DNA of 20,000 bases, from the IMG/VR virus record IMGVR_UViG_3300025327_000500. One strand, given 5' to 3'. This DNA comes from an uncultured virus (IMG/VR IMGVR_UViG_3300025327_000500) (Duplodnaviria > Heunggongvirae > Uroviricota > Caudoviricetes). Below, one piece after another: positions 1 to 8,168 of the stretch. Below the pieces are notes generated by a model that saw only the letters and a list, made by a program, of their open reading frames with translations, did no database searches and was not told the DNA's origin. Made by a program: the position numbers and the translations under genes. Numbering within the stretch: position 1 is the stretch's first letter; every line of letters starts with the position of its first letter.

Positions 1-165
1 GTATAAACTATTTTCAGAGGGCGTTGGAGCTTCTTGAGTAAACCCTAATTTTCTTAGAGTATTGCCCACCATCCAAAGACTATAGAAACTAACTGCATCT
101 GCTCCTAACTCTATTGGAGGCCAAGAGGGATATGTGCCACTGGGAGGAGGCCAATTGACGGGCAT
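1..165 (-). CDS. Hypothetical protein, N-terminal part only (runs off the left edge); Pro-rich N-terminus MPVNWPPPSGTYPSWPPIELG...
   Basis: Manually translated: ATG at 165-163, purine-rich AGGAAG...AAGGT upstream, open for 55 codons to the window edge. Same strand as all neighbours; absent from the ORF track. Confidence 0.55.
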   Translation of the reverse strand, partial: MPVNWPPPSGTYPSWPPIELGADAVSFYSLWMVGNTLRKLGFTQEAPTPSENSLY

Positions 166-205
166 ACCTTTTTTCTTCCTTGCCTGTACCGACACATATA
201 ATAAC

Positions 206-248
206 GAAGCAATACCGACAACAAAATACTGTTAGTCAGTATTGCTTC
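206..248 (-). terminator. Long RNA stem-loop downstream of the structural-like gene (putative terminator or mRNA processing/stabilising hairpin)
   Basis: Perfect 10-bp inverted repeat GAAGCAATAC (206-215) / GTATTGCTTC (239-248), extended inward by GAC/GTC and AACA/TGTT around a 6-nt loop. The 216/238 mismatch is a U:G wobble only on the minus-strand transcript. It is followed by GUUAUUAUAU, a weak U tract. Confidence 0.55.
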
Positions 249-268
249 TCCATATAGAAAAATCCTAG

Positions 269-1012
269 TTATGCGCTGGCAGCCGTAAGGCTTACCGTAA
301 CATTAAGTGTATCGCCGTTTACAACACTTCTGTTGCCACCAGTAAACGCAGCCCCACCGTATAGTGTTCCTGAGGTCTGACCCTGTGTTGGAAGAGTAAC
401 CAAGAAAGCTCCACCAACTACCATTGTAGCTGTAATAGCGTAGACCGCTTTAGAAGCAGCATTGTCAACACTTCCGGTAACTACTGTCCCCAAAGTAAGA
501 GTTGGCCTAGCACCAGCAAAAGGCCCAACCTCGAACCAACCAGCATGGGACGCCATTGTATCGGCCTCGGCAAATGTTGGAGTACCAGAAACCAACCCAA
601 CATACCACGCAGCAGTATAAGCAGACGCCTTGAAGTGCTTATCCAAACTGTCGGTTCGTCCAGCCATCACAACGAGGTTCGGAATTTCATAAGACCATAC
701 CGGAGGAAGTTCATAAAGGGTCTTAACTTCAACTTCCGAAAGTGGATCACCAAGATCGGAAAGCAGTTGGATTAGACCACCAATAGGAACTCGTTGCTCT
801 CCATCCCGATATACCAATACCTCTGAGGAAATGTCCGGCCAGAACTTGAGAAATCTTTCCTCTCCAAGAACGCTCCGAACTGTATCGAGTGAAAGTGGAG
901 CATAGTTTTGAAAATTATAGCTTGTGCTTCTTACCATCGTGCCAATGGGGACATCCTTGTTCATTTCAACTTGGGCTGAGAAGGATGCGTCGCTTTCAAG
1001 AGAATATTCCAT
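269..1012 (-). CDS. Putative phage virion structural protein (tail/tail-fibre-associated beta-rich family), 247 aa
   Basis: Start reassigned to ATG 1012 (MEYSLE) because AGGAGG lies about 7 nt upstream. The C-terminal half (NLVVMAGR..AYTAAWYVGLVSGTPTFAEADTMASHAGWFE..GAFLV..GTLYGGAAFTGGNRSVVNGDTLNVTVSLT) resembles, from recall, a common tailed-phage structural-module protein. It is A/G/T/V-rich with higher GC (30/60 at 301-360). Confidence 0.6.
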   Translation of the reverse strand: MEYSLESDASFSAQVEMNKDVPIGTMVRSTSYNFQNYAPLSLDTVRSVLGEERFLKFWPDISSEVLVYRDGEQRVPIGGLIQLLSDLGDPLSEVEVKTLYELPPVWSYEIPNLVVMAGRTDSLDKHFKASAYTAAWYVGLVSGTPTFAEADTMASHAGWFEVGPFAGARPTLTLGTVVTGSVDNAASKAVYAITATMVVGGAFLVTLPTQGQTSGTLYGGAAFTGGNRSVVNGDTLNVTVSLTAASA

Positions 1013-1022
1013 AAAGTGCCTC

Positions 1023-1265
1023 CTACCTAGGAACAATTAGATTAGAATTAGGTTTAATTATCTTATTTGCCTCATCATTTATTCTTTTCTGCTCTTCTTG
1101 CTGTTCCATAAGTGTAATGCCCATATGTTTTAAATATTCTCCCACAAAAATAAGCTGTCCAGGATACACACCTTTTGTCTCCACATTTACAAACGTAGAA
1201 CTTGGTGCAGCGAACCTAATAATTATAACACTTTCTGGTATTGTCTCGTCTTGTCTATCATTCAC
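1023..1265 (-). CDS. Hypothetical protein, 80 aa
   Basis: GTG start 10 nt after the upstream GT2 stop. Fills the gap exactly, and its stop codon overlaps the SD of the next gene. Confidence 0.65.
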   Translation of the reverse strand: MNDRQDETIPESVIIIRFAAPSSTFVNVETKGVYPGQLIFVGEYLKHMGITLMEQQEEQKRINDEANKIIKPNSNLIVPR

Positions 1266-1274
1266 ATTATTATC

Positions 1275-2120
1275 CTACCAGTACAAATATTCATCCCATT
1301 GAAGGTCTTTAGAACATCTGGACATAAATAGTTGCTTGTTCTCATTTAATGGATAGGTAAATCCGTATGCAGATGCCGTAGCATTAACCATATGATATGC
1401 CGTTGCTTGAGAACAGATAACATTATACCCTAAATTGCGAACATTTACCGCAAAATTTACATCCTCGTAAGTCCCTAAGCCATATCCAAGATAGAAACCT
1501 CTAATATTTTTCCAGATATTACGCCTGGTCATAAATACAGCACCAGTTACAGCAAAACAATCTCGCATTGCCAAAACTTTAGGATGGTCTGCTCTCCATC
1601 CTATAAATTGGTGTTGCACTTCGGCCCTAATATTTACAGATAATCCCACATGCTGAACCTTCTCAGCAGGCCCATGAGGAGATTCGGGTGGAAATAGTAG
1701 TTTCATTCCCACTAAACCATTTTTAGGATCATCCATTTCTCGAACCAGTTTATCCAACGATCCTTCATGTAAAAACACATCATTAGTCAGGATTAGAATT
1801 AGTGGCGACTTGCCTTGTTTAGCGGCAAAATTGCAAGCTAATGGGTATCCTTTTGGGTCTGGAAATATCGTTGGATGTATCCGTCTATCTCTAATATATT
1901 CAGCATAAAACTTTTCTGCCTCTCCTTTAGGACTTCCATTATCACAAATCCAAACATTATAGGATATATCCTTAGCAGCAGACGGAATTGCATCCAAACA
2001 TCTAGCCAACAAATCAAATCTGCCTCGATTGGGCATAACTATATCTACCAACGAAGGTAAGATAACTTCTACCTTTTTAGATGCTGTAATGTTCTTAGAC
2101 TTTCTGTGGTTCTTCGACAT
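1275..2120 (-). CDS. Glycosyltransferase family 2 (GT-A, WbbL/rhamnosyltransferase-like)
   Basis: VDIVMPNRGR, ICDNGS, LILTNDV, AVTGAVFMTRR, GTYEDVNF motifs typical of GT2. Confidence 0.9.
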   Translation of the reverse strand: MSKNHRKSKNITASKKVEVILPSLVDIVMPNRGRFDLLARCLDAIPSAAKDISYNVWICDNGSPKGEAEKFYAEYIRDRRIHPTIFPDPKGYPLACNFAAKQGKSPLILILTNDVFLHEGSLDKLVREMDDPKNGLVGMKLLFPPESPHGPAEKVQHVGLSVNIRAEVQHQFIGWRADHPKVLAMRDCFAVTGAVFMTRRNIWKNIRGFYLGYGLGTYEDVNFAVNVRNLGYNVICSQATAYHMVNATASAYGFTYPLNENKQLFMSRCSKDLQWDEYLYW

Positions 2121-3288
2121 TAGTCTTTTCTCTTTTCTTCATCACTTTCTGTAAAGTTGTTTCCACAATATCTACAGATTTAGACCACTCTCTAGTATTA
2201 GCAAACTCTTTTGCTTTCTTAATCATTTCCGTATTATCTGAGTTGTAGGTTTCTAAAAGCAGTTTTGCTCCTTTTGACCTGCTGGCATAATACCTTCTAC
2301 CATTCCCAAAAGGATCACGAATTGTATAGTCATAAGGAATTAACCTTCCTCTCCCATCTGATAGCAATTCATGGATACCCGTACAATCTGTACCAATACA
2401 AGGAATACCACTAGCCATTGCTTCAAGGATGGGAAGGCACATTCCTTCGGCCTTCGATGAAATCAGAAATACGTCACTTGCTACATAGATACCCCATAAT
2501 CTATTTTGTGACATACCTCTCTCTATGATTATCAACTCGGAACCTATTCCAAACTCTTGTGCTAAATCTTGTAATCTCCATCCTACTGTCGACTGTTCAG
2601 CAGTAACCATAACATATTTAGAATTTGGAATTTGCTTGTGAAACTCAACGAACATCTCCATTGATCGGGATAGAAATTTCCTCTCTTGGTTATACGCTAC
2701 GGTAAGCACAATATAATCATTCTCTTTGAAACCTAAAGCATTCCTCAAAGCGGTCCTTTCTTCTGGATTTGCAAATCTCCAGGCATCGGAATTTATACCG
2801 ACCGGCATGTACTCAGCTTCCACACCAACCTTTCTGGCTTCCTCTGTACCAAACTGAGAAATAATTAATGCCTTATCCATAGACATTAGATTTAGTGCCC
2901 ACGTCATACATAATGGATCAGCCTCGATTGGCATGATGCCAACGTAAGGAATATTCATGCCATTCGACCTGAGATATGCTAAATACTGTTCTTGAACAGG
3001 AATATCCATTGCGATTAACAGAATGTCAAATTTCCATATCTGTAACAAGTTTTGTAGCATCGCAATAGATTCTTGAAAGTTTCTGCATGGAATTATGCTA
3101 AAGGGAAAGTCATGCTCTTCCCCCAAGTATCCTAAACCAATTGCTTTTATATTATGTCCCCGCAATCCCAACCCGCTTCCAATTGAAATTGCAACATTAA
3201 AGTATCCAGAAAACCTAAAATCGAAATCACTCAAAAGGCAAATCTTCATTGATCTCTTTTCTTCTTGTATATTATCCATAAGGCTCAT
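2095..3288 (-). CDS. Glycosyltransferase family 4 (GT-B)
   Basis: VLTVAYNQERK; DVFLISSKAEGMCLPILEAMASGIPCIGTD carries the E-x7-E GT4 signature. The start could alternatively be 3279 or 3249. Confidence 0.92.
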   Translation of the reverse strand: MSLMDNIQEEKRSMKICLLSDFDFRFSGYFNVAISIGSGLGLRGHNIKAIGLGYLGEEHDFPFSIIPCRNFQESIAMLQNLLQIWKFDILLIAMDIPVQEQYLAYLRSNGMNIPYVGIMPIEADPLCMTWALNLMSMDKALIISQFGTEEARKVGVEAEYMPVGINSDAWRFANPEERTALRNALGFKENDYIVLTVAYNQERKFLSRSMEMFVEFHKQIPNSKYVMVTAEQSTVGWRLQDLAQEFGIGSELIIIERGMSQNRLWGIYVASDVFLISSKAEGMCLPILEAMASGIPCIGTDCTGIHELLSDGRGRLIPYDYTIRDPFGNGRRYYASRSKGAKLLLETYNSDNTEMIKKAKEFANTREWSKSVDIVETTLQKVMKKREKTNVEEPQKV

Positions 3289-3466
3289 CCATTATTTCTC
3301 TCCAAATTGCATAATCCCCCTCAATGCCACTAAGTAAATCAATCACGGCTTGTACTGGATCAGGGTAGAGCTTTCTTATCTCAACTGATTCAGCTAATAT
3401 TTCTGGCAACCTCAATAATAATCGCCTTTGTAAAATGGATTGTACATTATCCATTAAATGCCTCAC
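3272..3466 (-). CDS. Hypothetical protein, 64 aa
   Basis: ATGA overlap with the upstream ORF at 3463-3466, AAGG/GAGG upstream, and overlap with the GT4 start. Confidence 0.6.
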   Translation of the reverse strand: MRHLMDNVQSILQRRLLLRLPEILAESVEIRKLYPDPVQAVIDLLSGIEGDYAIWREIMDEPYG

Positions 3467-3684
3467 CTTTCCATCGTTAATATATATAATTCGTTTTGTT
3501 CTAATGGATATTGAATTAATAATTCATTCCTTAACCATTTCAAGTCCTTTATATCCATTAATAACAATTCTTGCTTTCCTCTTATTCGTATATATAATGT
3601 ACATCCATTTACACGCAAAAAATGTAATTCCTTGTTTAATATTGTTGGGCTTGGTATAACTTGAAGAAATGTATCATTGCTCAT
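3463..3684 (-). CDS. Hypothetical protein, 73 aa
   Basis: AGAGGT SD-like site upstream; translationally coupled to the downstream ORF. Confidence 0.55.
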   Translation of the reverse strand: MSNDTFLQVIPSPTILNKELHFLRVNGCTLYIRIRGKQELLLMDIKDLKWLRNELLIQYPLEQNELYILTMER

Positions 3685-3692
3685 TGAAAACT

Positions 3693-3848
3693 TTACCTCT
3701 TTTTGCGATTATTTTTCCATATTTTATGATTATAAATACTTCTTTTCCAATTAATCAGTTTCTTATACCAACTTGGAATCATTATTACAGAGTAGTTATC
3801 CATCGCCAATCTCTGACTAACTATTTTATCGTATTCTTTACTATCCAT
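3693..3848 (-). CDS. Small basic hypothetical protein, 51 aa (MDSKEYDKIVSQRLAMDNYSVIMIPSWYKKLINWKRSIYNHKIWKNNRKKR)
   Basis: Manually translated; below the ORF-track cut-off. The ATG overlaps the GT stop by 8 nt and the stop lies 8 nt before the next ATG, so it fills the only gap in this stretch. Confidence 0.55.
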   Translation of the reverse strand: MDSKEYDKIVSQRLAMDNYSVIMIPSWYKKLINWKRSIYNHKIWKNNRKKR

Positions 3849-4866
3849 TGAACACTTTTTTATCCCATTCCTTTGCTATTATATCGGGTTCAAATCTTGC
3901 AAATGCTTTTAGCTTTATATCTCTAATATCTATTGGATTATTTATTGCGTTTACAACAGCATCCACAAACCGAGGTCGGAAATTTGATTCTCCTCTTGGA
4001 ACTATCTTGCACATATTTGTAGTCGATAATGCACCTGCATCGCTAGTTATAGTATATATACCACAACATTGCGCCTCGGCTACTGACACACACATTAATT
4101 CGTCATAAGAACATGGATATAAAAGAAACTCAGAACTCAACTGTTCCTGGATTAAATCTTTCCTAAGAATTGCTCCTAAGAATCTGATGTTATCCGTATA
4201 CATCCATTTCAATCTATGAGGCATGTTTCTTTCATCCACTCCCCACAATCTATAATCAGATGTGATTGTTAGAGTTATATCTGGAATGGATTGTTTTATT
4301 GAAGGCCAACATTCGTATAAATCCATCAACCCTCTATCCGGTACAGAAGTAAAAATACACTTGTTCTTTATTTTCACTGTAGGTTCATCTATCACAAGAT
4401 CATCTAACCGGATTGGCAAATCTATTACTTCTGTATTTGTTATCTGATAAACACCTCTAAAATAATCTTGATGAAACTTAGAAATACACACAATCTTTTG
4501 CACATAAGGAGCAAAAACTTTGAAATCTCCTTCTGTATATTGGTCACAGGATAACCATACCTTAAGTCCATTTGATATAATAGACAATGAATTAGGAGAA
4601 CGAAACGTAATCAGAACATCTCTATTTGCTTTAGGCTCAAATTGACTGACGTATCTTTGCTCGAATGGACTTGCACCTAACTCTGTAGGATTATTATATA
4701 AAATAACTTCGTGTCCTAATTTATTCCAGGTTTCACACAAAGTTAATAACCCATACTCACTGCCTCCAACTCCGATCCCTCGTCTACCTTCTCCCCATAA
4801 GTCTTTTAGAGTCACTCCTAATGAGCTTCCACCATTTTCATTGTTACATAGAATGTCTATTTTCAT
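3841..4866 (-). CDS. Glycosyltransferase, GT-B fold (GT4-like)
   Basis: GIGVGGSE N-terminal motif, IFTSVPDRGL, LLYPCSYDELMCVSVAEAQCCG (E-x7-E). ATGA-type coupling to the upstream gene. Confidence 0.88.
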   Translation of the reverse strand: MKIDILCNNENGGSSLGVTLKDLWGEGRRGIGVGGSEYGLLTLCETWNKLGHEVILYNNPTELGASPFEQRYVSQFEPKANRDVLITFRSPNSLSIISNGLKVWLSCDQYTEGDFKVFAPYVQKIVCISKFHQDYFRGVYQITNTEVIDLPIRLDDLVIDEPTVKIKNKCIFTSVPDRGLMDLYECWPSIKQSIPDITLTITSDYRLWGVDERNMPHRLKWMYTDNIRFLGAILRKDLIQEQLSSEFLLYPCSYDELMCVSVAEAQCCGIYTITSDAGALSTTNMCKIVPRGESNFRPRFVDAVVNAINNPIDIRDIKLKAFARFEPDIIAKEWDKKVFNG

Positions 4867-5498
4867 AATTTAGATAACCTATCTATCGTAGTTTTTATTG
4901 CATTCTCATCTATATCAATTCCAATCCATCGTCTGCCTAATCTTTCACAAGCCTCAAGAAATGTTCCAGAACCACAAAACGGGTCTAATATCAATTCTTC
5001 TGGCTTAGTAACTTTCTCAATAAGATACATAGACCAGTCTAAAGATTGTTGCCATTCGTGTAAATTCTTTTCTTTATTTTTACTTAGTAATTTATCTTTC
5101 AAGAAACCATAATGCCGTTCTTTTGGAAACTTATGTTTTACATACCAAAGCAAAGGTTTCCAACATACCTCTATACCCATAGCCATTCTAGCATGTGAAT
5201 CATTTTCCTGATCTAAATTTAGTATCCAACGATATTTTAATCTACCTCGAAATAATGACATTACATTTTCCAACTGATAATGACCGAGAAGCATAAATAA
5301 TGATGCTCCACTTTTCATAACCGTTGGAATACTCAAAGCAAGATATTGAAAACAAGAAAAATATGCTTTAGGATATGGAGGATCAGTAAAAACTAAATCT
5401 ATTGAATCTGGTTCAACATATAATAATAAGTCTTTTGTATCACCATGATATAGTTCTCCTAAATCTGTTTCATATACTAATTTCATTTCTTTTTCCAT
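4863..5498 (-). CDS. DNA methyltransferase, N6-adenine/N4-cytosine, beta class (orphan)
   Basis: Motif IV IDLVFTDPPY near the N-terminus, then motif I ILDPFCGSGT and WIGIDID near the C-terminus; short variable region. Confidence 0.9.
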   Translation of the reverse strand: MEKEMKLVYETDLGELYHGDTKDLLLYVEPDSIDLVFTDPPYPKAYFSCFQYLALSIPTVMKSGASLFMLLGHYQLENVMSLFRGRLKYRWILNLDQENDSHARMAMGIEVCWKPLLWYVKHKFPKERHYGFLKDKLLSKNKEKNLHEWQQSLDWSMYLIEKVTKPEELILDPFCGSGTFLEACERLGRRWIGIDIDENAIKTTIDRLSKL

Positions 5499-6076
5499 CC
5501 TATTATTCTAGTTTCTTTGAAAATATCTTCATCCAACCTTTCAAAAGTCTCATCATTATCCAAATGTTTTACATCTTCTGGTTTCACCTCAGGGGTGAAA
5601 TACTCTCTCGGAACAGTTCTTACTTTTCGTATTCCATCATGAAAATCATGCGCCATTATAATATCACCATAGTTGCAAGCGTTTTTGAAATGACGCAATT
5701 CTGTTACTTTATTTCCACCATCACAATAAATAATCTTACTATTCAAATTGATTAATTTGTCATGGATTTCAGGACTGAAACAATCTCCACAAATAAGTTC
5801 AGCATAATTCTGAGAAATTCTTTGATTTCGTTTATACATTTCTATTACTGCTGGTCGCACTAAATTACAATCTAATTCAATTCCAATATATTTAACATCA
5901 GCTAATGCTCGCATAAGACAGTAGGACAGTCCACCCTCATGCACTCCAACTTCTATGAACCAGATAGGATGCTGATTTATAATAAAATGTTCAAGTGTAA
6001 AATATTCAAACCAACTATGCCCCAATCGAATATCATCTATTATTTCTGTTCCAACAATTGGTTCTAATCTTCCCAT
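5483..6076 (-). CDS. Class I SAM-dependent methyltransferase (CmcI/Methyltransf_24-like, probable sugar O-methyltransferase), paralogue A
   Basis: FIEVGVHEGG (motif I), YIGIE (motif II), IYCDGGNK, GDIIMAHDF. AAAGGAGA SD. Confidence 0.75.
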   Translation of the reverse strand: MGRLEPIVGTEIIDDIRLGHSWFEYFTLEHFIINQHPIWFIEVGVHEGGLSYCLMRALADVKYIGIELDCNLVRPAVIEMYKRNQRISQNYAELICGDCFSPEIHDKLINLNSKIIYCDGGNKVTELRHFKNACNYGDIIMAHDFHDGIRKVRTVPREYFTPEVKPEDVKHLDNDETFERLDEDIFKETRIIGWKKK

Positions 6077-6090
6077 ATATTATCTCCTTT

Positions 6091-6873
6091 TTATGCTCTA
6101 GGACAAGAAGAACAATAAGGATGGTTCAACCGTCCGTTTACGTTCCTCAAATTCAAAGCTATTGTTCTATGTGGTTCACCAAACCAAAAATCTTCAATAC
6201 CAATATCAGGAAAGTAACCCAATCTAAAGTTACCTACCACGTCATCACAACACAACAAATACTGTCTACGATGATTGATTATAACTCTAATCTCTGCCTC
6301 ACTACAAGGATGTTCCCTATTCAGTTCTGCTAATTTCTTTACATCAAATTTAGGGCTGAAATGAGTAGCAATGTGTTCGGTATAAGTGCAAACATCAGGC
6401 TTAGTTTTATTAAATAATGATTCAATCCATACCTTCCGTTTTGATTTTATAGGCTCTTCCATATACAACGAGACGATCATCTTATCTAAAACCCCATCTA
6501 ATTCTTCTGCCAAATCTTTTGTTATGAAGTCTCCGTTTGTATTCAAAGTTATAGGATAGAATTGATTATAAGATTTTGCTAGTCTAGCAATCTCTGGAAT
6601 ACGCTCATCCATCAATGGTTCGTTGTAATGAGATAAACACACTCCACCAGCAAATCCCATTTCTGCGCATTGATCTAAAGCCATTTTTATAACCCTTATA
6701 GGCAATAAATTATGCTCAAACCAAGGAGCTATTTTCTTCTTATTTGGATGACTGTTACGAATGCAAGTAGGGCACACCCTGTTGCAATCTGAATTAGTTT
6801 CAAAATCAATATAAGAGAAGAGCTTTATTTGATCTTTATGAATGTCGGCAACCACAGTATGTCTTTTCTCCAT
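6091..6873 (-). CDS. Radical SAM protein with C-terminal SPASM/twitch domain
   Basis: CNRVCPTC (CxxxCxxC), SHYNEPLMD, TLNTNG. C-terminal PC-x17-CC-D...CSSC auxiliary-cluster pattern. Confidence 0.9.
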   Translation of the reverse strand: MEKRHTVVADIHKDQIKLFSYIDFETNSDCNRVCPTCIRNSHPNKKKIAPWFEHNLLPIRVIKMALDQCAEMGFAGGVCLSHYNEPLMDERIPEIARLAKSYNQFYPITLNTNGDFITKDLAEELDGVLDKMIVSLYMEEPIKSKRKVWIESLFNKTKPDVCTYTEHIATHFSPKFDVKKLAELNREHPCSEAEIRVIINHRRQYLLCCDDVVGNFRLGYFPDIGIEDFWFGEPHRTIALNLRNVNGRLNHPYCSSCPRA

Positions 6874-7433
6874 TTCTCATCCAGAAAAACAAAATCATCT
6901 CCTATTTGTGCTAAATCTACATCCCGTATCTCTCCAGTTTGGTCATCTGTATAATCGTGAACAGATATTATATCGCCTATACGTAACATCTTAGAAAAGG
7001 TCAACAGTTCTTTTGGCTTGTTTCCACCATCACATAAGATATAAACTGCGCCGTTCGTGCTATTAATACAGTCTCGAATACGTTGTAGATTAGCATTTGT
7101 AAACATATCTTCAATAATAACATGACAATTAGGCTGGTTAGCGGCAAATGCTATTATGCTCGGCTTTACAGCACCAGGCAAAATTTCAAATCCTATATAA
7201 GTAAAACTTGGGTCAAGCACTAGATTAGGAATTACGTGAGGTAGTGTGCCTCCCATATACATACCTAACTCAACAAATAGTTTTACTTTGTATCTATTTA
7301 TAATATCAATATGAGAACAAATCGCCCCTGCACCCTGCGCAATGAGGATGTCTGTAACATTCATATTATAGTTGAAATCTAACAAGTCCATATCCTTACG
7401 ATGTAAAGTTACTAACGCACCATCAGACAACAT
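6825..7433 (-). CDS. Class I SAM-dependent methyltransferase (CmcI/Methyltransf_24-like), paralogue B
   Basis: FVELGMYMGG, YIGFE, ILCDGGNKPKE, GDIISVHDY. AGGAGG SD. Confidence 0.75.
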   Translation of the reverse strand: MLSDGALVTLHRKDMDLLDFNYNMNVTDILIAQGAGAICSHIDIINRYKVKLFVELGMYMGGTLPHVIPNLVLDPSFTYIGFEILPGAVKPSIIAFAANQPNCHVIIEDMFTNANLQRIRDCINSTNGAVYILCDGGNKPKELLTFSKMLRIGDIISVHDYTDDQTGEIRDVDLAQIGDDFVFLDEKWRKDILWLPTFIKIK

Positions 7434-7442
7434 ATAAACCTC

Positions 7443-8168
7443 CTACTCACGTAAAAAATCTGGTATCGGTTCTAAAGGCCCTGCAAATTCCATTGGATGT
7501 AACATTCCAGGAATGAAGCCACTCTCCCGATAATACTGTATTTTCTTTTCCACTCTCACAGGATCATCCCAAGATTTATGGATCAAACAATAAGGAGGGA
7601 GTAAATCCAATGTTTCCGCATCATAATGCAAATCTTTCACCGGCATACCCCCAATTCTGAATGTGTAAGCTGGAGGCGCATCCACAGTCCAGAAATCTAT
7701 GCTTCCCCTCCACGCCCACAAAGAAGGTTCATAGATTACGTGGTTCACTTCTGGCTTTGCCATATAAGGAAAATGCTGATCCGTCCCCCATAAATACAAC
7801 CTAACTGCCAATACAAAATCTTTGTCTGTCTCAGCTAAAATAGTTCTATAATCCTGTTTCAATAAGAAATTTGGAACACAATCACAGTCATCATAAATAA
7901 CCCAATCTGGATGGAGACCGTATGCCCAACGGAAAAGAAAATTAGCGTGATCGCTGTCATTATTACGCCATAACCCGTGTTGTAATTCCACTCTTCCAGT
8001 ATAGTTTTGTATCTCTACATTTGAAAACGTTCTAGCAATTTCAATCGTGTTATCCAGCGATCCTCCATCGGCTACAAGGATCATGTCTGCATCTCGATAA
8101 CTGGCGCAGAATTGGCCTATTCGATGCGCCTCATCTCTGGTTCTTACGACTACTATTATTTTTTCCAT
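7443..8168 (-). CDS. Glycosyltransferase family 2
   Basis: IIVVVRTRDEA..ILVADGGSLDNT..DWVIYDDCD (DxD)..CLIH. Confidence 0.85.
   Translation of the reverse strand: MEKIIVVVRTRDEAHRIGQFCASYRDADMILVADGGSLDNTIEIARTFSNVEIQNYTGRVELQHGLWRNNDSDHANFLFRWAYGLHPDWVIYDDCDCVPNFLLKQDYRTILAETDKDFVLAVRLYLWGTDQHFPYMAKPEVNHVIYEPSLWAWRGSIDFWTVDAPPAYTFRIGGMPVKDLHYDAETLDLLPPYCLIHKSWDDPVRVEKKIQYYRESGFIPGMLHPMEFAGPLEPIPDFLRE

Noticed and set aside
4863..5498. Restriction-modification system
   Set aside because: No adjacent endonuclease or specificity subunit recognisable; the neighbours are a GT and a small-molecule methyltransferase.
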